Positions 26,130-39,242 of a DNA stretch of 64,000 nucleotides are shown here, piece after piece. The number at the start of each line of letters is the position of its first letter. The stretch's first letter is position 1. Location of the stretch: contig NW_027590578.1 in NCBI RefSeq assembly GCF_964213995.1, forward strand, positions 1 through 64,000, read 5' to 3'. The stretch is from Mustelus asterias (lineage: Eukaryota). The position numbers and the translations under genes are program-made. Below the pieces are notes generated by a model. The model was not told the DNA's origin and searched no databases. It saw only the letters and a program-made list of their open reading frames with translations.

Positions 26130-26757
26130 TCCAGCCCGGTCAGAATTTATACATTTCAATTCGATCCCCTCTCATTCTTCGGAACTCCAGTGAATACAGG
26201 CCCAGTCGACTCAATCTCTCCTCATACGACAATCCTGCCATCCCAGGAATCAGTCTGGTGTGCCTCCGCTGCTCTCCCTCTATGGTAAGTGCAGCATTTC
26301 ATAGTTACAGAGACAAAAACTGTACACAATATTCCAGGTGTGGTCTCACCGAGGGCCTGTACAGCTGCAGTAAGACATCCTTGCCCCTTTCCTCAAGTTC
26401 TCTTGCAATGAAGGCCAACATATCATTTGCCTTCCTAACTGTTTGCTGTAGCTGCATGCTTGCTTTCAGTCTCTGGTGTACTGGGACACCCAGGTCCCTT
26501 TGTATATCAACATTTCCCAATCTATCACCATTTAAATCATCCTCTGCCATTCTGCTTCTCTGTCCGAAGTAGTTAAATTCTCGTTTGTCCACGTTATACA
26601 GCATCTGCCGTGCATTTACCCATTCACTCAATTTTCTGAAGTCACTGTGAAACATTTTAACATCCTTCTCACTACTCACATTCCCAACAAGTTTCATGGC
26701 ATCAGCAAACTTGGAAATATTATTTTTGGTTCCCTCATCCAAATCATTGGTGTACAT
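26130..26757 (-). mobile_element. CR1 LINE fragment
   Basis: NDLDEGT..SKFADA..QRDLGV..RPHLEYCVQF. Confidence 0.85.
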
Positions 26758-26859
26758 CTCGTGTGTGTCTCAATGTCAGCTCGGAAACATGTACAGCACA
26801 ATCCCATCCTGTTTCTGTGTCTCTCTGGCTCTGTATCTGTATATATCTCTCTCTGAAAT

Positions 26860-27460
26860 TAGAATAAAGAAAATTACAGCACAAGAACAGGCCCTTTGGC
26901 CCTCCAAGCCTGCACCAACCATGTGTGAACTAAAAACACCTCCCCTTCCGGGGACCATATCCCTCTATTCCCATCCTATTCTTGTATTTCTCCAGACGCC
27001 CCTTAAAACTCACTATCGTATCTGCTTCCACTACCTCTCCCAGCAGCGAGTTCCAGGCACCCACCACCCTCTGTGTAAAAAACTTGCCTCGTACATCTCC
27101 TTTAAACCTTGTCCCTCACACCTTAAACCTGTGCCCCCGAGTAATTGACTCTTCAACCCTGGGAAAAAGCTCCTGACTATCCACTCTGTCCATGCCTCTC
27201 ATAATCTTGTAGACTTCTATCAGATCACCCCCCTTGCCTCTGTCATTCCAGTGAGAACAAACCAAGTTTCTCCAAACTCTCCTCATAGCTAATGCCCTCC
27301 ATACCAGGCAACATCCTGGTAAATCTTTTCTGTACCGTCTCCAAAGCCTGCACATCCTTCTAGTAGTGTGGCGACCAGAATTGAACACTATATTCCAAGT
27401 GCGGCCTAACAATGGTTCTATAAAGCTGCAACATGGCTTGCCAATTTTTAAACTCAATGC
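26860..27460 (-). mobile_element. CR1 LINE 3' part
   Basis: GDLIEVYKIMRGMDRV..TRGHRFKV; GGGCCTGTTCTTGTGCTGTA 3' UTR. Confidence 0.88.
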
Positions 27461-29322
27461 GTGTGGCGTCAAAATTTTGCTTATTTCCTAAATAACACTG
27501 ACAACATTTCAAAAGCGCTCCATTGTCGGTGAAACACTTTTGGAAACCCTAAAGCCATGAATAGTACTTTAGAAATGTCCATCCCCCAAGTTGCTGTGAG
27601 GACATTCAGAGTCAGTGTGTGACTTGGGTCAAAGATAGACCAGCGAGGTCTCTCCCTTAATGGCATTGAGTGACTCTTTAGCTTTTTATGATGAGCAGAA
27701 ACCTTTCATCTCTCTTGTGTCTAATTCATTCCAATTCTGTCCCTGACATTAATCAGTTGTGACTTTCTGTAGGAGCTGGAATGTTCTCTCTGGCGACAGA
27801 GAATCCATTGAGAGGAGGATCAGGTGTGACCTTTCTCTCCTGGAATCCATGTTTCCTGTTTGTGTCTTGTAGATTGTGTGTGGAGAGAGCAGAGGGAAAA
27901 GGCTGAGTGGATTTGTAATGAACAGGGGTTTGCTTTCATTCACAAACTGGAGCTGAAGCCAACGTGTGCAGATGTGAAGAATGGAGATCAGAAAAGGACC
28001 ATGGGTAGAATTGGAGACTATTCTGCCCATCCAGATGTGCTGTCTTTTTGGAAGAGAAATCTAGTTAATCTCTATTTACAGAGGGAGAAGGGATTCCTCC
28101 TCCATTATATATCTGTTTAGTTTTAGGCTGTCTGAGTGTGAGTGTTAGTGTGCGTGCATATTTTTCTCAATCTGCCTGTCTCTCAGTCCCCCTGGTCCCA
28201 GAATCTGTTTCTCTCTCCACAGATGCTGCCTGACCTGTTTGGTATGTTCTTATTTTCTGTTTAAGTATCTGAGGAGTTGCGCATGGTGCTGAACATTGTG
28301 CAATCATCAGCGAACATCCCCACTTCAGACCTTGTGATGGAGGGAAGGTCAGTGATGGAGCAGCTGAAGATGGTTGGGGCCTCGGACACTCACCCTGAGG
28401 AACTCCTGCAGGGACGTCCCGGGACTGAGAGAATTGGCTTTGAGATAATCGGCACATTGGGGGAAAGGTTGAAAACCAGAGGATGCTGAATTCAGGTAAA
28501 TGGCGACAGCGGCAACATGAGGAAATGTTTCTAACGTAGTGAGTGTCCAGTATCTGGAATGTACTGTCTGAGCGTGAGGTGGAAGCAGATTCCATCAAGG
28601 ACTTCCAGGAGAAGTTGAATGGGAAGCTGAAGGGGAAATATTTACAGGGTCACGGGGAAAGGGTGGAGTAGTGGGAATAGTGACATTGCTCTTGCAGAGT
28701 GTCGCACTGGCTTGATGGGGCTGAATGGCCTCCTGTGCTGTCACCGTTCTATGATTCAGATGCAAGTTATCTTCTCAGTGTCTATTAGACCCCACTCTTT
28801 CCTCCATGATCAGTTACAGCATTTTAAGTTCAGATCCCAGAACGTTTTATTTGGGGATTTGAGGAGTGATTTGTTTTCCAGCCTGGCCGAGAATTTGATG
28901 CTGTAACTGAAGCCACAATGGAATGATTCTGAGGTCAGATTATGATCCACTGAGACACAGCTGGCTCCGAGCTTCCCTGAAAAATGTCGCTGTTGTGTTC
29001 CCGGCCAGATGATTTCTCCGTCTTGTGTCGGCCGGCTGTGCCACAAGGATCTGGACTTTGTTCCCAGATGTTCACAATGTTTATCAATGATTTGGATGTG
29101 GGGACCTAATGTAATATTTCCAAGTTTGCGGATGACACAAAGCTAGGTGGGAATGTGAGTTGTGAGGAAAATGCAAAGTGGCTTCAAGAGGATTTGGACA
29201 GACATTGTCTCTCAGTGCCTCTCTCAATCTGGCTCTCTTTCTCTCACTCCCCTTGACTCTGTCATCTGTTGGTCTCTGCATCTCTCGCTCTCTCTCTCTG
29301 GGAATCTGTAAAAACATATCCA

Positions 29323-31329
29323 CTAACATGCACACAGACAGAAACATACGTACACACACACACACACACACACAAACACACACACGTACGCGACTGTGAG
29401 AATTGTCACAGATCAATCCCAATATCAGTGAGTAATCTCCAATGCAATAGTTTGTGACCAGGTTGTGCAACATGCATTGAAATGTGGCAATATGGAAGTT
29501 GGTTCACTCAGTTGGCTGGACAGCTGGTCTGAGATGCACAAAGTCTCCAACACGTCATGAAAGCCCAACCCTTTCAACCTTTCCCCTGGCCTGAGGTGTG
29601 GTAAATCACCGCCAGTGAGTTCTCCCCCTCAAAGGGGAGAGCAGCAGATCGTCATCTGGGACTGTGGTCACTTTCCCTTTACCGATGTTCAACTTTATTT
29701 CCCTTCCTCAATTTCTGCTCATCTCCAAGAGACTCGAGCGAAATTCACCCAATCTTTCAACACCAATATTACACACACAATACTGGAGCAATTGGACATT
29801 TCACACAACACCCAATAGCTGGTAACAAGACCAAACAAAAACTGTTCCAAACAAGAGTGGTGGCACCAGCTGACCCACACAAATATATAACTTGAAAGGA
29901 ATATTCGTCTATCCATCCAGCTGACTCTCTTTCTCTGTCTACCTAACAGAGAGATTTTTCAGTGCAGTAACAACTGAAACAGGGTAGAATGTAGGAATAA
30001 GAAAGACAGGAACTTGTGTAAAATAAAACTGAGACACAGGTGAGTTGAGTAATGAATGAAACAAGGCCGAACACAGCAGTATCTCCGATGATGCTGAATG
30101 TAAGAGAAACAGATCAAATCTATTCCTGGGGAAGTGCAGCAACAGCTTAGAAATTGTCGGGTGTGGTGTAGATCGAGGCATGGCTGCGTGCGTTAATAAC
30201 TGTGACTTCACTGAGTGCATTGGAAACAGTGACATAGTTGAGTGAAGCAATAACTAAGGAAAGACCAATTGTAGTATATACAGAGGGATGGCCCCATGCA
30301 TTAAGAAGAGAAACTGTATCTAGTTTATAGGGGTGGTGCAGTGGTTAGCACTGCAGCCTCTCAGCGCCAGGGACCCGGGTTCGATTCCCGACTTGCGTCA
30401 CTGTATGTGTGGAGTCTGCATGTTCTCCCCGTGTCTGGGTTTCCTCCGAGTGCTCCGGTTTCCTCCCACAGTCTGAAAGACATGCTGTTCGGTGGATTGG
30501 CCGTGCTAAATTCTCCCTCAGTGAAGCCGAACAGCGCCGGAGTGTGGCAACTAGGGGATTTTCACAGCAACTTCATTGCACTGTTAATGTAAGCCTACTT
30601 GTGACACTAATAAATAACATTGAAACTGTATAAAGTGTTATATACACAGATACAGTGCTGAGGTAAAGAGAAATGGAGACATGCTCCACATTCATTCCCC
30701 AGACATGGTCTAGTTTATTCTTTATAAAGAGTGACATGGTTAAATGCAGTGATAATTTAAGCAGGTCCCCTCCCTAACAGCACTGTTGGTGTACCTACAC
30801 CACATAGACAGCAGCGGGTTCAAGACGGCAGCTCATCACCACCTTCTCCAGGGCAACTAGGAATGGGCAATAAATGCTGACCTAGCCAGTGACACCCACA
30901 TCACAAGAATCAATAAATATTCATCTAACCCAGCACATTGTCCAATGAAATATCAATCCATACATGGTATTAATACAGTGAGAACTCAAAAAGGGTTGAT
31001 TGTAGTGTCCACAGCAGCATGGTGTAATGTAGTATTCACTGAGACAACTGAGCGTATAAACAGCGACTGGATTGAGTGCAGTGATAACTGGGAAAGGAGC
31101 GACTGTCCGGGATTCTCCGGCTGTTCACTCGTGGGGAATTCTCTGCTCTCGTTCCCCTGCCTCTGGTTTCCTGCTAGCGTGAGGTGACTTCAATGGGAAA
31201 TCCCATTGACAGCGACAGGACCAAAAACTCCCTCTGCTAGTGAACGGTGTGTCACCTCTCACTGCCCAGAAAGCTGCTGAGGGGAGACTGGAGGATCCCA
31301 GAAACTATGTTAAAAATAGCCATATTGGC
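29323..31329 (+). repeat. ~2-kb segmental duplication, copy 2 (includes SINE at 30330-30618)
   Basis: Near-identical to 6263-8271. Confidence 0.95.
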
Positions 31330-31899
31330 CCTTGGATCCTCGTCTCTCTTACATGGAAATATCTTCCCCAGCACCGCGCACTTTTCCCAAAGTCTTGGTA
31401 TGCTCTGGACTTCGGTGTACCCGGGATTTGAACAGAGAATTCCAGCAATGATGCCCGCATCATTTTACGATGTAAGTAGGAAACGTAACAAGGACTTTCT
31501 ACAGAGCACCCATTCGGATTCCTGGGCAGTATTTGCGCCTTGGTGTGTGTTGGAGTGAACCCTGAATCGACTCAACAGCCAAATGCGAACGTGCATTAAA
31601 CAACATTTGTCAGCAGAGGGCGCCAATCTCGAGCCCGGTTTTGGAGTGGGGAGGGGTGCCGGGGGGAGGGGGGGGCGGTGCTACAATCTCACGTGACATT
31701 ATCACTGGAGCCTGTATGGATGGTAGGCTGCTGAGGTCACAATAGACTCCACTTCCCCTCCCCACACTCACACCCACACAGACAAACTGACTCACACTCA
31801 CTCACACACTGCAATCAGCGGAGCAGAGCCTGGGTTCCCGCTCCCTTCCTCACTCTCTGACTCCTCCATTCTCATTCACTGGAATAAATCCACTCGGAC

Positions 31900-32387
31900 A
31901 TGTTTCTGATCATTCTGCTGGCGCTCTTGCACAGTAAGTACCGGACAACGTTCATCAAACCACGGAAACATATTTATACACAAAGATGCCAATTTAATTA
32001 ACCATCAAAAATATCCATGTGAGGTGTAGATGGGAGGTTCCACAAACTATAAATTTACATGAACTCTTGATATTCAATTCCTCTACCTTTACAGGTGGAC
32101 TGTGCGCAGATCCAGTAACTCAGTCACCGGTGACAATAACAGCATCAGAAGGGGATTCGGTGCAGTTGGATTGTAACTATACAGACAAGGGTATGAGCTA
32201 CATGCAATGGTATCAGCAGAAACCGGCACAGCCACTGAGAGGGATTATTACCACAACATTAGTAGTGAAGGAAAATAAAGTTTTAGGACGATATCTGGCG
32301 GCTGCTGACAAGTCGACACAGAGCGGCTCCCTCAATATAAGCGCCCTCAGTTTGGAGGACGGGGCGGTCTATTACTGTGCAGTGAGG
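31900..32387 (+). CDS. TRAV: TCR alpha/delta V segment, family A (leader 31900-31933, V exon 32095-32387)
   Basis: MFLIILLALLH, phase-1 GTAAGT...ACAG, then GLCADPVTQSP..C..WYQQKP..DGAVYYCAVR; perfect RSS follows. Confidence 0.92.
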
Positions 32388-32426
32388 CACAGTGTTGGGT
32401 TACAGCGAAAACCCTGTACAAAAACC
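32388..32426 (+). other. 23-RSS (consensus)
   Basis: CACAGTG-23 bp-ACAAAAACC. Confidence 0.97.
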
Positions 32427-32869
32427 TCAGCGAGTATTTACAACTCCATGAAGATGCTTTGATCACGAGTTCACGAAGGCGGCGATTCTATTTACCAGAC
32501 AATTTGACCTTGTTCAAATCATCATAGAAGCACTTTGGTAAATCTCGAGACTAAACCCCATGCCGCGATTTATATAGTAAGCAGATACCAGGAGTATCCA
32601 GCTATCAGCTGAAGGATGCGCTCAGAAGTGGAGGCAGTAGAGCAGAAAATTACCGGCTGTTCATCCAGAATTGTTAACTCAGCTGAGCCCACGGACACCG
32701 ACTCCTCGGCATTCGTTCCTATAACTCAATGCAGAATGGATCAAAGTCTGCTGAAGTTCATAACAAATGAGATGTAGAATAACCTCCACACAGACTCACT
32801 TAGCAACACGACTATTGTTATAAATCCGGGACACAGAGACTCACCTCGCAGCACGAAGATAGTCTATTC

Positions 32870-33480
32870 CCACAGCTGACATTGGTGTATTGTGTGGTGG
32901 TGAACTGCCTTCTTGTGGTACCTGAGGTGCAGGTACACACACTGTGCTGTTAGTGAGGGAGTTCTAGTGATTTGACCCAGTGACCGTGAAGGAACATCGA
33001 TATATTTCCATGTAGGGATGTAGAATAACTTGGAAGGGAACCTCGAGGTTGTGGTGTTCCCATGTGCCCGCTGCCCTTCTTCTCCGAGATGGCAGTGCTC
33101 GTGTGTTTGGATTGTGCTGCCTAAAAAAAAAACCTTGGTGAGTTGCTGCAGTGTATCCTGCAGATGGTGCACGCGGCTGTCACTGTTCGTCTGTGGTGGC
33201 AGGAATGAATGTTCATGCAATGGGTAGCAATCAAGCGGGCTGATTTGTCCTGTATCGTGTCGAGCCTCTTGAGTGTGGTTGCAGCTACACTCATCCAAGC
33301 AAGTAGAGGGTATTCCATCTCACCCCTGAATTGTACCTTGTAGATGGTGGACAGGCTTTGGGGAGTCAGGAGGTGAGTTCCTCGCCGCGGGATTCCTAAC
33401 CTTTGATCAGCTCTGGAAGCCACTGTATTTATATTCCTGGGTCCAGTTCAGTTTTCTGTCAACTCCCAGGATGTTGATGG
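32870..33480 (-). mobile_element. CR1/L2-group LINE 3' fragment
   Basis: ASRADQRLG...MEYPLLAWMS..LDTIQDKSARLI; related tails at ~7710-7860 and ~30770-30915. Confidence 0.75.
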
Positions 33481-35172
33481 GGTGGTGGTTGAATATCTGT
33501 TAAGTCCCATCTCATGTGTACCCATATACAGATGGATAGACATAAGATGGTTGCCTGGCACACAAACAGTCACCTGGGAAAGAGAAATTAAAGTCAAATC
33601 GGTTCTCTAGTGCAGTCCCTCTATTCTGGGGTTGTGTGCCGTGTGCTAGATTCTCCTACTAATGGAAATATCTTCTCCACATCCACTCTGTCCAGGATTT
33701 TCAGTCTGCTGTATTTTTCAATGACATTCCCCCCTCATCTCTCTAAACTCCATCGAATGCAGATCCAAAGTCCTCAGCTGTCTGCGGTTTTATTTGATCG
33801 GCCTAACACGCTCATATTGAATGTTATTTATTTTTTGTGACGGTTTCTCAAGAACACTAATCTCATTGTGCGTGACCTGGTGACGCTGAACTCTTCGTCC
33901 TCCGCGGTAGATTTCAGAGAGTTGCGATTGTAAATAAAACAATACGCGATTTGTACAACAGTGGATTTAGATGTTGATCCCGTGAGGGGAATAAATGCAG
34001 CAACACAGAAAGCTTCAAGCTAAGGAATGAAGATAATGAAGATCCTCGTGTTTATATCCCTGTAACTCCATCTGTTCCTCCTAATCTGTGCCTTGACTTC
34101 TATCACGGTCTCGGCCTCGAGTTCACCCACTGTCTTTCCATTCGTTCATCTTCATTCCTTAACACAACATAATATAACATAGTACATGATACCGACAGGA
34201 TTATTTCCGAGAGCTTCTGGACGCCCTAGGAAACCAGATCAACAACATAACCGCCGAGTTATGCTTCCCGGACCCGCTGCAGTAAACACACAAACATGGT
34301 GAGGCACCGCCATCTGGCGGCAATCTGAGGTAACTGGTCATTTCCTGCAAAATCATCGAATTCTCAAATTACAGAAGGTCGTTACTACTGGTGATTATGT
34401 TGCATTATTCTTGTTCATCCTTTTACTATTCCAATGCAATTGAACACAGTTGAACGTATACATGAGAGATAATAACATCGTTATTTTAATTGCTGGCGAT
34501 TCGCTTTATTCAATTAATAGTGGTTATAAAACTCATTCTAAACAATATGAAGCCCTCAAGATTCCGATAAGATGCCTTTCCTAAAATAACAACACAAGAT
34601 GTAAATATGACCCTGGATTCACATTCATTTCCTATATTCTTTAGTTATTTACATTTAAATATTTCCATCATAATTTACCTCGCAACTTCTGGTTATTAAC
34701 GTTTTCTACATTTGTTGCACCAAAAGAATGAGTAACTTAGTGGATTCATTGAAATAGGAGAGTGAGGGAAATCGGATTGTCTGAACTCTGAATTTTAGGG
34801 AGAAGGGGAGAAAGATAAGAACGGAGAGCCAGTGCGAAGACAGAGACGGTCAGAAGCAGAGCAATGGGGGCGAGACAAACAGAGGCGGAATGACAGAGCG
34901 AGATAGACAGGCTCCAAACGAAGAGAGAGCAGGGGAATCTGAGAAAGACAGGGAGAAAGAGAAACTCAGAACTTATTAGTCGAGCTAACGCTGATTGATG
35001 CCCGACGATCATCAATCCTGAGAAAGCGGCCAATCCTGTCGCTGGGAAACGCCCCATAATTTCTGAGTAAATTACGTTTCCGCTGATATGAATTTCCGCT
35101 TGAATATCAGAACAGAAATGTCAACACATTTCAAATACTGCTTCATTTCTGCCGAACCCGAAACCAGACACC

Positions 35173-35715
35173 ATGTGCTCCTTACTTTGGTTGCTGATAA
35201 TAATGGTCTTGCTGCCCGGTGAGTCAATAAACTCTGACAAAGTGCCATCCTGACTTGAAACATTATCTCTGTTCGCCTCTCACAGATGTTGTCAGATCTA
35301 CTGAAAATTTCGAGCATTTTCTTTTTTTGAGTCAATGTTTAAACGATCAGTGTCTGTCCCATGGGCTCTCTTCCCTCCCAGATATTGAGTGTGTTCTGTG
35401 TTTTCTGACAGGGGCAAATGCTGAAGATTCAGTGTTTCAAGATCGATCTGAATTATCGGTTCTGGAAGGACAGAACGTAACACTGGACTGTAAAAGCTCG
35501 ACAGCTGCTTCTGAAACTATGTTCTGGTACATCCAGTATCCCGGGCAAGCTCCGAGATATTTGATGATGATATATAGCTCGGGCAATACCGATAAGTCTC
35601 CGGATTTCTCAGATAGATTCTCGGCTGCTTTGCACAAAGGAAACAATACTGTTCCTTTAAATATCGCCAGAGCTGTTCTGTCCGACAGCGCCGTGTATTT
35701 CTGTGCCATGAAGCC
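35173..35715 (+). CDS. TRAV: TCR alpha/delta V segment, family E (leader 35173-35218, V exon 35412-35715); RSS spacer abnormal
   Basis: MCSLLWLLIIMVLLP, phase-1 GTGAGT...ACAG, then GANAEDSVFQ..C..WYIQYPGQAP..DSAVYFCAMK. Confidence 0.9.
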
Positions 35716-35757
35716 CACACTGGTACAGATGATCTTAGCGAACACCGCACAAAAACC
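35716..35757 (+). other. RSS with 26-bp spacer
   Basis: CACACTG-26 bp (contains GATGAT)-ACAAAAACC. Confidence 0.9.
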
Positions 35758-37895
35758 CCAGACTGGGAGTTCCGGTTAGTGATCAGCAGAGGGCGCTCCC
35801 ACACTGATAAACAGAATTAATTATTTTGTCTCGACAGTGATAGTCACAGGGTCATAAACAAAATATCAAAACAAAACACAACACTCAACACGAACGGCTG
35901 AGCCACAGTTGAATTTTTAACTTGCAACTATACTAAAAATACATTTACAGTTCCTTAACTCACGCTTCAACCTTTGATGACATTTTCTTGCCTGTGTGAA
36001 TTATTGTGCAGCAGTTTCCCCATCTTCACTCTCCTTTTCAAGGTCTCTTTGATCAAAGGGTCTATTTGATCAGAGTATTTTGCTGCCTAAGGGACAGCTT
36101 ATATTGGCATATACATTTCGCAAGGTTATCATTGTGCTATTTAAAACAATCACTGAGAACAGGTTGCCATCAATGTTCATTCTCATTTTGAATGTCTGTC
36201 AAATGTTTTCTGACACAATTCACAACCCAGTGTTTCTCTGTTTCAATAATCAGACCAGCGACTTCATTCCCACCCCTGGCCCTAACAATATAGCGATTTT
36301 CCTCACAAGCACACTGATTATATCTCAGCTTGGGTTATTTCTGCTCACTGGAAGCCAGGTCTCCAGCTTCAGGGCTAAAAACACCACTGCGACACATGTT
36401 TTCTTTATTTCAAAAATATACTTTATTCACAAAAAATAAACTCTCCAATAAAACATTGCAAAATGACAGATCCAAAGGTCATAAACAGTGCAAAGAAGAA
36501 TCATTTTTACAGTACAATACCGTGCTCATTTACAAAAACATTACATTTTGTTACATTTCATTTCTTAAAACTATATACATGTGTCAGAGTTTACTGTGTG
36601 CCGTTATTTTTCAGGTTGGCACACAGTTACTCAGGCCGAGGGTATTCTGCAGTTACCCGGCCCTCGGTCTGCCTCGGTTGAGACGGGGTGGGGAGGGGGA
36701 ACTTCAGATAGGCAATTGTGGAATAAACACATTTAAAGTAATTTCCCTATCGTGATTTCAACCTAAAGTTTAAACACACTCCGATATGATTGATTCGGGT
36801 TTGAACCTGTATTTCAGATCTGAGTCATGGAAATTATGTCACTTACTTATTGTCCTCAAATGATGAGACAGAAACAGAAGTAGTTTTTTTTACAAGTTTC
36901 AACTATGATATTGCAAGGATTGTCTTTGTTTTATTCTGGAACTCACTGATCAATATCAGCTTTATGATATTGAACTGCGCTCGCAGGGAGTCTTACTCAT
37001 GTTTGCAGACAATCGTGAAACAAACAACAGCAACAGCACCGGTCAGGCAGCCAAACCTCTCCATCTCCAGCTGGAGAAATTGGACTCTGAAGAGTTGATC
37101 AGAATAAGGGCTCACTTACGGAATTTATGATGGAAACCAATCCAACCCCGCACTTTGCATTGTCTTCGGGAGCTCCTGTCTGTCGGATTGTAAAATAGTA
37201 ATTGCTTAACGTTGCAAAGCCAATGCAGAGAGCGGACTGGCCAAGCCAGAATCCATCTCCTAATTGCCCCCAAAACCAATTCAAATTGAATCTAATTCAT
37301 GATCCTCGCAAAAAATCCAAGCTGACATGAAAGAGCATCGCACCTGATCTTGGACTCTATTTGATGCTTGATTCGAGCCCAAAGACCGAGGTGCCTGCTT
37401 TCTGTTTTAGTTATATCCAATCAAAAACCGAATTGGTCCACTCAAAGGTCGCTGCAAGAGAGACATTGCAGATCGAAGCTGACAACACAGGGCCCATTCT
37501 TCCAGTCTTGGGCTTGATTAACAACATCCTAGCTGATTGGAGTAGGTATTATATTCCTTCCTGTGCTTGACCTGAGCTTCATCTTAGAAAAAGGCCCAGA
37601 TGGCGTTTTATTAAAAATTGATTCAAAAGAAACCTCGATGTAACCTTATTGATTTCTATCAAGTGCAGGATTAGCAAATTACACTTGATATTAGACAAAG
37701 GCTAGAATCTGGATAGATACAGCCACTGTGAGCAGTGCTGTTCTCAGCCGCATAAAACACACACCCAGCGGGAACCACATTAACCTCGGACTCAACATTC
37801 ACCCATTTTTTTTTCCAGTCATGACCGAGAAAATTAACTGCAGAATCCGATCAGACCGGCAGATCCGTCATCAAATCAGTTTACAGGTTAAACCA

Positions 37896-38118
37896 GTTTC
37901 TGATCAGTTGTAAATTCCCACAAACTCAGGGCTGGAGATTCAGATCAGCTCCGGGAGAGATGTTTCTGTCCCTCAGACCAGACCCACTGACGTCAAAGGG
38001 CTGCATGGTGACGCCGCACATGGCCGCATTCTGACGTCACAGAGGCGGATACTCTGACGTCACAATGCGGGATGCTCTGACTCTTGCGCACGCTCCTCCC
38101 CCACACCCTATCGATGCT
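37896..38118 (+). promoter_or_regulatory. Inverted, orphan copy of the CRE-rich element upstream of family-B V genes
   Basis: Reverse complement of ~41518-42162 without the SINE; three TGACGTCA sites. Confidence 0.75.
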
Positions 38119-38385
38119 GTGTTTCCCTGTCACTGTAGAAAACACAGCAGCCAATTTGGACTCAGTGTGACATTTCATTCAGTAATATTGTAGTGTTCTG
38201 TCTGTTTCAGGAATTGTGATTGGTGAACAGATATCAAACAGGACATTTCTCTGCTCTTCTTGGAAACAGTGACCATGTGATGTGTCACCTCCAGCTGAGA
38301 GGGAACACGGTGCCCCCGATTGAACAGGTCACCGAGAGGCTGGCAGCTCTGACGGTGCAGCGTTCCCTGAGCACGGCACTGTCTC
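38119..38385 (-). mobile_element. Degenerate DeuSINE (SacSINE1/AmnSINE-like); copies at ~47907 and ~57770
   Basis: CTGCTCTTCTTGGAAACAGTG..GAGAGGG..GGTGCAGCGTTCCCTGAGCACGGCACTG resembles the reverse Deu domain (recalled consensus, not aligned). Confidence 0.55.
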
Positions 38386-38944
38386 CTCGGTAAGTTCCCG
38401 GATTCTTATTCCTGCCAGACTGCCTGTGTCCTCTGGAGCGGAAAGAATCTCTGAACCGACTGGAGACAGAATCCGGGAAATCCTAGGAAGTGGTGGCCAC
38501 TCATTAACCCAATCCGGGAAAGAAACGGATTTAAATAAAATAATTGAAATTAAAAATAAACTTTTCTGGCCCGTGGAAACAAGAGGACAATGAATTTAAT
38601 CTCCAGAAAGAAATTTCAGTCGGAAACAGAAAGAAAGATTTTTATTGATGCCTTTTACAGACTTCAGATGTCCGAAAGCGCTTTCTAACCCAAGGAAGCT
38701 CATTTCCAGTGTCGCGCTGTGGTGATGTTAGAAACTTTATTAACACAGAAAACAGTGGGAATGTTTAATTCTCTGTCAGACAGGGTTGCCACACTGATCC
38801 AGGAATAAAGAGATTGCGGAGTCCAGGTATTTGAAGGTTACTTTGAACTCTCTCACACACAGGGACACACGCACACACTCTCCCTCTGTCTCTCGATGCA
38901 AAATCTCTGTCAGAGAGTGTGGCAAAACCTGTGCAAAATCTCAC

Positions 38945-39242
38945 TAGCTGTCCTGTCTGGAGACAATACACATCTGTTTAACCTGTGCTTAATGCTCCCT
39001 CCACTCACATTGTCTGTACCTTTAAGACTTGATTAGTTGTAAAGACTCACATTCCAATCATTATTCATGTAAATTGAGTTTGTGTCTTTGTGCACTGTTT
39101 GTGATCAGAACTCCCACTCACCTGACGAAGGGGCAGCACTCCTTTGGTTTTTGCTACCAAATAAACCTGTTGGACTTTAACCTGGTGTTGTAAGACTTCT
39201 TATCGTGTTTACCCCAGTCCAACGCCGGCATCTCCACATCTT
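38945..39242 (+). mobile_element. Penelope-like terminal repeat (copies ~48730-49029, ~58595-58900)
   Basis: Same terminal sequence as 19872-20064. Confidence 0.6.

Noticed and set aside
37000-37130. Possible V pseudogene or exon (LSISS / LEKLDS-like words after TTTGCAG)
   Set aside because: No Cys/Trp landmarks, YxC motif or RSS; too short to support
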